A DNA stretch of 64,000 bases, taken from the sequence record KC801932; one strand, given 5' to 3'. This document shows positions 57,265-64,000 of this stretch, piece after piece. The notes beneath the pieces are model-generated. The model was not told the origin of the DNA, searched no databases, and saw only the letters and a list, made by a program, of their open reading frames with translations. Made by a program: the position numbers and the translations under genes. This DNA is from Escherichia phage Lw1. Position 1 is the first letter of the stretch, and each line of letters opens with the position of its first letter.

Positions 57265-58364
57265 GCCTCGCTTGTTTTGCTGTTATCGTTAGTCGCAGCA
57301 GCCACCTGTACACATTCCAATGTTTGCAGGTGGAAATCTTTTGATACGTCACGGATACATTCAACGATCAAATACTTACCCGCGTATTCATCCCCCAACA
57401 CTTCAATCATCCCCCCTACTTTAACATCCATTCGACCCTGATTAATATCAAACTTAATCCGTTTTTCATAACCGGACAGTAACTGACATTTAACCGCCTG
57501 GAATGGCTGGCCTTGTTTGTCGGGGTTCTGGAAGTTGGTATTGTATACCGCGTTCCGGTTCATTGTGATCCACGCGTTTTCAACGTCTGTACTTGCGAGT
57601 ATATCGCTGTATAACTTCTTGTCAGTCATCGAGAAACTAAAGAAACTTGCATCCCCTAACAGGGTAGTGTTATCCTTATACGTAATGTATTCAGCTTTCG
57701 TGAATACCAAAGAATCACCTAAAAACGGATTGCTTACGTTATACTTGTAAGCCTTTAACGGGGTTTGTGCTAGGATCTCCGTATTGCTTCGCATAAAGAT
57801 ACCGGAACCATCTTCCCACAAATAACAGAAGTCTGACGAATCAACGCTCTGACCGTTATCCCTTATGTAATCAAACACGGTTTCATACGTCCCGCTTAAA
57901 CATGCCGGAGGTATACGCACGTTTGAAGCATCAATGGTCGGGGTAATCAGCTTCATATCGTTGTATAGTGCCGTCATACACTCTGTAATCGTCTGTACGG
58001 CGTTATTACTGAATGAACGGGAGAACTTACGACGAAATACCGTATGCACCGGAGAAAGGTTTAGGCGCAATATAGAACGGTTCATATCATCGGTTTCGAC
58101 GTTCGAATACAGAACACCATAGTAATGCTGTTCCAACGTCTGATTATACTTGAAAGATACCTGAATAATTGGTTTCTCTGTCAACTGATAGATTAACTGG
58201 TTATCGTAGATCTGCATCAATGTTTCAGAAGTACCGTTGATAATAGTTTTCTCACTCATTGAGACAAGGGCAGGTAGCAATTCAAGATAGACGTTATCCG
58301 CAAACTTTTCATATGTTGGATATAATTTAACCGATACAATACGGTTTATAACTTTATTGGACAT
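57261..58364 (-). CDS. 27: baseplate hub subunit (gp27-like)
   Basis: 367 aa; N-terminal SVKLYPTYEKFADNVYLELLPAL and C-terminal region resemble T4 gp27 as recalled; divergent to gp28-gp54. Confidence 0.55.
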   Translation of the reverse strand: MSNKVINRIVSVKLYPTYEKFADNVYLELLPALVSMSEKTIINGTSETLMQIYDNQLIYQLTEKPIIQVSFKYNQTLEQHYYGVLYSNVETDDMNRSILRLNLSPVHTVFRRKFSRSFSNNAVQTITECMTALYNDMKLITPTIDASNVRIPPACLSGTYETVFDYIRDNGQSVDSSDFCYLWEDGSGIFMRSNTEILAQTPLKAYKYNVSNPFLGDSLVFTKAEYITYKDNTTLLGDASFFSFSMTDKKLYSDILASTDVENAWITMNRNAVYNTNFQNPDKQGQPFQAVKCQLLSGYEKRIKFDINQGRMDVKVGGMIEVLGDEYAGKYLIVECIRDVSKDFHLQTLECVQVAAATNDNSKTSEA

Positions 58365-58424
58365 TAGACATCCTCCCTTTATTCTATTTACTAAATAGTA
58401 AATATCGGGATACTTGAGGCGATT

Positions 58425-59000
58425 ATGAACAAAAAGAACACACTTGATAAATTTATGGTTACTCGTTTAAACATCAAGAACAGCAAAAGCAAAATAGTTA
58501 CCTTGCCTACTGGTGAGAAAGTCACGATCCCGCGTCTGGGTTATCGTCATTTCACCCAGATTAAAGCAATGAAAGACCCTATGCAGTTGCTTGAATATAT
58601 CATCAACGAGATCAAACCGCGTGAGTTAACCGCAGCAGAAACTGAATTCCTTCTGATCCATTTGCATTACCATAATGATGATAAAGCAATGGAAGCATTA
58701 AAAGAGATCGGAATCAATCTGGATGATATGAAAATCAGCGAGGCTAAGTATGAATACACTTTCGATAACATTCGATTGGTATTCAATAAACCGACCTTGA
58801 TGCTGGATGATTTGGCTTTACTGATTAAAGAAGCATACGACAACGGGGAACCGATCGAACTTACGGACGATAACCGAATTCAATTAATTAACAGCCTGTA
58901 TCGTTATGAATATGACGATGTAAAACGTGGTGTACTCCAGGAAGTTTATATTGTGCATGAGGGGAAAACCATCAAAGGGCTTAACATCATCGGTGAATGA
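58425..59000 (+). CDS. baseplate distal hub subunit (gp28-like, positional)
   Basis: 191 aa immediately upstream of the tape-measure-like gene. Confidence 0.45.
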   Translation: MNKKNTLDKFMVTRLNIKNSKSKIVTLPTGEKVTIPRLGYRHFTQIKAMKDPMQLLEYIINEIKPRELTAAETEFLLIHLHYHNDDKAMEALKEIGINLDDMKISEAKYEYTFDNIRLVFNKPTLMLDDLALLIKEAYDNGEPIELTDDNRIQLINSLYRYEYDDVKRGVLQEVYIVHEGKTIKGLNIIGE

Positions 59001-60748
59001 TAATGGCTAACAATCCATATTACAGCGACGAACAACGCCGCAGGATGCAAAATCCAAAACCACAGCCACAACCCACCGTTCGTAAGATTAACGCAACGTT
59101 GGATAAGGCTTCGATGCAGGAATTGAAGGACATCAACGACAACACTCTCGAAACCGCGTTGAATACGCTGGATATCAAAGACAGTGTGAAGTCCTTCGAA
59201 GACCGTTTTAAAGAGAAATTTGCAGGGTTCCAGGAACAGTACGAACAGGATCAACAACCGTTAGCCGACCAGTTACCGGATTTTGTTGGTCCTTCTCGTC
59301 CTTCTGTTCTGACTGATAACAGCACGAATAGTGTTGATAATTCTGTTAGCGTATCAAATCAGAACAATCCGTTTAGTAAGCTGGAAGCACACACCAGCAC
59401 TATCGCAGACGCTATCACGAAGTTTATTGAACTGGCAAGCAAAAAGCCCGAACCAGCGCCGGAACCTGAACCCGTACCGGAAGAAGAACCAGAAGTTGAT
59501 AAGAAGAAAAAGAAAATACGCGATAAAGACAAAGACGAAAAGAAATTCAGTAAGAAAGTTCTGTTTCTTCTGGATGCGATCAAAAGCAATACGTCAGCTC
59601 TGTTGTCTCGTTTCATTGGTTATTCTCTGGAAACGATAGCGAAGTTTGCGAAGTGGACGTTGATTATCGGCAGTATCGTATTCGCGATCGAGGTGTTGGG
59701 TAAAGTTATTGCCTCGTGGTTTAATGATTTACTTAATGATGGGGAAGCATCCAAACAACTTTTTGGATCATATTTCAACAATATAAAGGCGTTGGCAAAA
59801 AGTATAGATGAAGGATTAGATAAATTAGGTGATAAAGATGCAACATTAGCAGAAAAATTAAAAGCTCTGTTAGTAGAACCATTTAAGATTCTGGGTAATA
59901 CCATTAAAACCGCAATCACGGAAGGTATCGGTAATCTGATTTACGCTCTGGGTGAATATACCGGATCTGAAACGATTACCAACGCCGGACGCGGAATGAA
60001 AGTATCAGCACTGCGCGACAAACAAAAATACGGTCTTGAAATTGATCCCGATGACCTGATTATGCTGAAAGAGCAAGAGATTCAGGATCAGAAAGATAAA
60101 ATCACACAGGCCCGTGAAAAGGTTGTTGAGCAAGTCAAAGCAACACAAGGCATGTTTAGCTATGGTTTCGGGCAACAGACAGAAGCACAACAGGTTCAGT
60201 CTAAGCACCTTGAAGAACTCCGTAACCAGGTTGATCTTGAAGAACAGATCACGAAGGAGAAAGAGAAAGAACTCCAGATGCTGAAAGATAACCCTAACCT
60301 GCTTAAAAAGCAAGTGTTGAAGGAAAACACCGCGAACGCTAAACGTGTTGATGATGCTAAACAGGTGGAAGCAGCGCAAAAGGCTACCAAACCAAAAGCA
60401 GAAAGTGAATTCGATCGGGGTGATGCTATTCTGGATAAAGACGAGATCACTGGCAAAGACAAAGAGTTAATGGAAAAGATCCTTGAATCTCTGGAAGAGA
60501 AGAACAATTCCAAAAAGCTCGATGAAGATGACAGCGAACGATATCGTTCTATGCTCGACCAATGGCAGAACAAAATTGCTGTTGTACCGGAAAGCAGCGC
60601 ATCAATCGACAAACAACCGGAACCTGTACGCGCACCTGTTGAAGCAACCGCATCAAACAATGTTCAGGTAAACAACAAAACAGTAAATAACACGGTTCAA
60701 CATTCTGTTCAACGAACCGAACGTAAACCGTTGATTGCATTAGCATAA
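58997..60748 (+). CDS. 29: baseplate hub / tail length determinator (gp29-like)
   Basis: 583 aa (T4 gp29 590); long coiled-coil, Lys/Glu-rich; precedes gp48/gp54-like genes. Confidence 0.6.
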   Translation: MIMANNPYYSDEQRRRMQNPKPQPQPTVRKINATLDKASMQELKDINDNTLETALNTLDIKDSVKSFEDRFKEKFAGFQEQYEQDQQPLADQLPDFVGPSRPSVLTDNSTNSVDNSVSVSNQNNPFSKLEAHTSTIADAITKFIELASKKPEPAPEPEPVPEEEPEVDKKKKKIRDKDKDEKKFSKKVLFLLDAIKSNTSALLSRFIGYSLETIAKFAKWTLIIGSIVFAIEVLGKVIASWFNDLLNDGEASKQLFGSYFNNIKALAKSIDEGLDKLGDKDATLAEKLKALLVEPFKILGNTIKTAITEGIGNLIYALGEYTGSETITNAGRGMKVSALRDKQKYGLEIDPDDLIMLKEQEIQDQKDKITQAREKVVEQVKATQGMFSYGFGQQTEAQQVQSKHLEELRNQVDLEEQITKEKEKELQMLKDNPNLLKKQVLKENTANAKRVDDAKQVEAAQKATKPKAESEFDRGDAILDKDEITGKDKELMEKILESLEEKNNSKKLDEDDSERYRSMLDQWQNKIAVVPESSASIDKQPEPVRAPVEATASNNVQVNNKTVNNTVQHSVQRTERKPLIALA

Positions 60749-60759
60749 GGGAAATTTAC

Positions 60760-61854
60760 ATGAAAATCAAAGTTTTACAAGATACTGTGCAATCATTTGC
60801 AAAAATCAAAAATGCTGGCATCCCCTCTGGGGGTGCTACAACAACTAAAAACGCGTTGACACAACCAATCGTAACAGCGGAATTTCCTTCCCAACGTGCA
60901 GCAGGTATTGATAACGCTTATAACGCATCAAGCCTGTATAATAACGGCTTGCTGTTCACTGCATATGAATTCACTGGTGGATTTGCACCAGGCAGTAAAG
61001 ATAACTACCGTTCACTACGTCAAGCAGCACAGAACGCACAACAGATCCTGAGCGCGAATACAGGCAACGTTCGATATAAACAAGTTTTGAATACCCGTAC
61101 TATGGGTACGCTCAACCCCATTTGTCAAATACTTTTACCGCGAAGCCTGAACGATAACGAGGTTAACAGCCACCGTTACCAGGATGCAACCGATAGTATC
61201 GTTGCTAAAGGACCGTCAAGAGTTGTGTCTAACGTTATCTGGGGCGTTATTGAGTCTGCTAGTGGTGGTATTTTGGCAGACCGTAGAGAAGCAGTTGATG
61301 TTGGTACGAAAGCAGCGTTTCAAGGTTCTGATAAGCGCACAAAGATGTATTACAATACATTCGTTATCGAAAGTCGTTATGACCTGCTGGAACTTATTAA
61401 AATCTATTATCTGTTCACGGTGCTGGGATATGGTACGACATCAGGAGGAACTGCCGCTGAAATAGCAGAATTAGCTAAACAAACAATTAATAAAGCATCA
61501 ACAACAGGGGCAAAACTTATTAATAATGCAGCCGCTGGAAATGGCCCTACACCTACTGTATCTAATGGTTCGATTATAAGCGATCAGATGGTTGATTTTG
61601 TAACTAACATTGAAGTTATTAAATCACCTCCTGTATGGTTTATACGTGATTTCCAGACGGGCGACAGTTTACGGTTCCCTCATTCTACATTTGGGCCAGC
61701 AGGGATCACCAGCGTTCGTTTCGGGCGCACGATGGACAATATCGTAAATACGTTAAGAGAATCACCCAACACGCCAATATCCGTTGAAATCGAAATACAG
61801 TTCATGGAACTAATCGATATGCGTCAAGATTCGATTTTCGATGTTCAATACTAG
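60760..61854 (+). CDS. 48: baseplate tail-tube junction protein (gp48-like)
   Basis: 364 aa, same length as T4 gp48; position after gp29. Confidence 0.65.
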   Translation: MKIKVLQDTVQSFAKIKNAGIPSGGATTTKNALTQPIVTAEFPSQRAAGIDNAYNASSLYNNGLLFTAYEFTGGFAPGSKDNYRSLRQAAQNAQQILSANTGNVRYKQVLNTRTMGTLNPICQILLPRSLNDNEVNSHRYQDATDSIVAKGPSRVVSNVIWGVIESASGGILADRREAVDVGTKAAFQGSDKRTKMYYNTFVIESRYDLLELIKIYYLFTVLGYGTTSGGTAAEIAELAKQTINKASTTGAKLINNAAAGNGPTPTVSNGSIISDQMVDFVTNIEVIKSPPVWFIRDFQTGDSLRFPHSTFGPAGITSVRFGRTMDNIVNTLRESPNTPISVEIEIQFMELIDMRQDSIFDVQY

Positions 61855-61862
61855 GGGGAATA

Positions 61863-62726
61863 ATGTTCTATAGCGTAGATGAATTTTTGTCAGGAATGGC
61901 AAACCGTGACTTTCAGCGAAGCAACCTGTTTAGTGTTGTGTTTGCAACCAGTCCAGCATCACGCATTCTGGATAGTACGATCGGGAGTATCCGCGACACG
62001 TTAATTGATGGCACAATGAGTTCCATTAACGCGAACAACCCGAACGAGTTCATGAACGCTATCACAGGGGGTGTAAGAAAGCTATTCAGCTACACAGTTG
62101 ATAAGGCTATTATGTCCCTGAACAAAACCGGGTTTAGTAAGATTATGGGGGCGTTAAGCCCTCGTCTGATTACTTCCCTGTTTGGTGACAGCGTTTACGG
62201 GCAACTCTTAACAGAATTCCGTGATAAAATGATGTACAATATGGGTTTGAGTATCGTCGGTGTTCAGTTGCCTGGTAAAACATTAGGCTATGAATACGTG
62301 TACAACGGCGGTGTTCCTCAGATCCGATTTACCCGACCGGAGAACGGCGAATTGTCGTTAACGTTCCGTGTTGACTCAGAAGCACGTAACCTGAAAGTAT
62401 TCAATGAGTGGATGTCTGCTATTCGTGATGATATCACCGGACAGTTTGCATTCATTGATGAAGTATCAAGCGCGATCCAGGTTAACTTACATAACCGTGA
62501 CGGTGTTCCGCACAGCACATATGTATTCCAGAAATGTCTACCTGTCAAGGTAAGCAGTCCTGAATTAAGCTATGAGAACAACAACGAAATCTGGACATTC
62601 ACCGTTGACTTTGCGTATAAAACAGGTTGGCTTGTTGAAGCAGATAAAGAAGGTTGGGACGGGTTCAAACAATCCATCATCGAAGGTGCAGCAATTGCCG
62701 TTCGTGGTGTGGTATCAGGACAATAA
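61863..62726 (+). CDS. 54: baseplate tail-tube initiator (gp54-like)
   Basis: 287 aa; position after gp48. Confidence 0.65.
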   Translation: MFYSVDEFLSGMANRDFQRSNLFSVVFATSPASRILDSTIGSIRDTLIDGTMSSINANNPNEFMNAITGGVRKLFSYTVDKAIMSLNKTGFSKIMGALSPRLITSLFGDSVYGQLLTEFRDKMMYNMGLSIVGVQLPGKTLGYEYVYNGGVPQIRFTRPENGELSLTFRVDSEARNLKVFNEWMSAIRDDITGQFAFIDEVSSAIQVNLHNRDGVPHSTYVFQKCLPVKVSSPELSYENNNEIWTFTVDFAYKTGWLVEADKEGWDGFKQSIIEGAAIAVRGVVSGQ

Positions 62727-62753
62727 GGGGCTTTATGCCCCTTTGAGGTTAGC

Positions 62754-63497
62754 ATGATTGATATAATTCGCGTCAAACTACCCACAGGGGTAAAGCGTTT
62801 CCCTATGTTCACTGTTCGTGACCAGTTGAGTTTCTTGCTCACCAGTGCAGATATGGAAGGGAAAACGCTAACAGAACAACAACAGATGCTGGATGAAATT
62901 CTGGATATTCTTTATCCGGGTTACTCCCGTACAGAGCAAGAGAATATATTCACGCGGGTATATTGTGTATCATTCGGTAAGAGTGTAATCAAAATCCGTA
63001 TGAAAAATAAAGACAGTTACACAGAAGCATTCATGCAGGTTCATGATTATGTTTTGAATAATGAATATGCGCTTGATGATTCTATTACCCTGGGATTCAC
63101 ATTTCCTAAGAATCGAGACAACAGCGAACATCTATTCATTGAGTGTATCCAGTATGTGAAACAGGACGGTGAACGCTACGAATGGAAAGCGTTAGACGAT
63201 GACACGAAGAATGCTATTTTGGATCTGGTGTCTATCGAGGACATGGAGAACATCATTAAGCTGTTGCGCAAGTCGTGCCATGTTACTGTTCGTGATATCG
63301 AGTTTAGTGATTTGCTCACGTTGTACAAGATCCTGTTTAATAAAGCAGAATTGAATGAGTTCTTCAAAACCAACTATTTGTTAAATAAGAATGCAGTACA
63401 CATTGAACCTATAATGAATGCAAGCCCGATGGAACGTTCAATATACGTTGCATTACTGGCAGAAGATTTGAAACGAAAAGAGAATCCAAATGCGTAA
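62754..63497 (+). CDS. hypothetical protein (possibly baseplate hub-associated)
   Basis: 247 aa after gp54-like gene; no motif recognised. Confidence 0.4.
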   Translation: MIDIIRVKLPTGVKRFPMFTVRDQLSFLLTSADMEGKTLTEQQQMLDEILDILYPGYSRTEQENIFTRVYCVSFGKSVIKIRMKNKDSYTEAFMQVHDYVLNNEYALDDSITLGFTFPKNRDNSEHLFIECIQYVKQDGERYEWKALDDDTKNAILDLVSIEDMENIIKLLRKSCHVTVRDIEFSDLLTLYKILFNKAELNEFFKTNYLLNKNAVHIEPIMNASPMERSIYVALLAEDLKRKENPNA

Positions 63498-64000
63498 ACA
63501 TACTCCCAGACATATCCAAAAATATAATGTAACATATCGCCCTTTGACTGTTGGTGATGTCGGTGACACGGATAACTTCATTTTAGAAGGGAAGGTGTTC
63601 AAGCATCAACGCGATTATGTTTATCTTATGGCCCTGTTTGATACAATCAATAAGGATACTGTAGATCTGCAAATCAAATGTCCTGAATGTGGGGAACTGA
63701 TTAAGTTCACTCTGAATCGTCATCATATCCTGGTGGATGAATTCGAAGAAAAACTGTTTGGTAATGAAATTAAGATTTCGGTCGAACCACATACAACCGG
63801 AAAAGAAGAGTTACCCGAACTGATTAAGTTTGTTGTGATCGACGGGGAACAAATCTTATGGGACGATTGTAAGGAGTCCGAGAAAGAGGCTGTACTTGAT
63901 AGCATTGACTATCAGGTGTTTAAATCGATAAATACCGCTCTGGATAAGCCAGCAATGGTCGCAAACATTCCGGTTGGGTGTTCGTGTGGCTACAAACACA
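63490..64000 (+). CDS. hypothetical protein with CxxC...CxC motif (3' end truncated by window)
   Basis: ATG overlaps upstream stop; open to window end; CPECGE and CSCGYK pairs. Confidence 0.4.
   Translation, partial: MRKHTPRHIQKYNVTYRPLTVGDVGDTDNFILEGKVFKHQRDYVYLMALFDTINKDTVDLQIKCPECGELIKFTLNRHHILVDEFEEKLFGNEIKISVEPHTTGKEELPELIKFVVIDGEQILWDDCKESEKEAVLDSIDYQVFKSINTALDKPAMVANIPVGCSCGYKH

Noticed and set aside
1-64000. CRISPR arrays or rRNA genes
   Set aside because: No regularly spaced direct repeats of CRISPR type and no rRNA-like conserved stretches were seen.

Overview
This window reads as a contiguous segment of a T4-like myovirus genome (Straboviridae/Tevenvirinae-type), roughly 43-45% GC by eye, so not T4 itself. 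All calls rest on reading the supplied ORF translations and sequence against remembered T4 protein motifs and gene order; no searches were run. Layout: a long minus-strand block (1-31.6 kb) carrying rIIB-rIIA, topoisomerase II (gp52, and gp39 fused with its gene-60 part), a run of small early ORFs, dexA, dda, dCTPase gp56, primase gp61, a DNA methyltransferase, helicase gp41, UvsX, DNA polymerase gp43, RegA, clamp loader gp62/gp44, clamp gp45, gp32, gp59, gp33, DsbA and RNase H. A divergent junction near 31.7 kb starts a plus-strand block with gp55, gp47/gp46, frd, td, nrdA, nrdB, denA, RNA ligase, spanins, PseT, dCMP deaminase, gp31, rIII, one tRNA(CAU), DNA ligase gp30 and the start of the baseplate hub genes (gp28-gp29-gp48-gp54, with gp27 divergent). 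Gene order is rearranged relative to T4, td and nrdB are uninterrupted, and gene 39 is fused. The best candidates for something undescribed are a 566-aa J-domain protein next to a free-standing HNH endonuclease, a NADAR-domain protein plus a separate DUF4326-like protein, a SprT-like ORF split by one in-frame TGA, and a recurring terminator-hairpin/promoter module including a 38-nt leader duplicated identically at two loci. Coordinates of features not in the ORF track were counted by hand and may be off by 1-2 nt.
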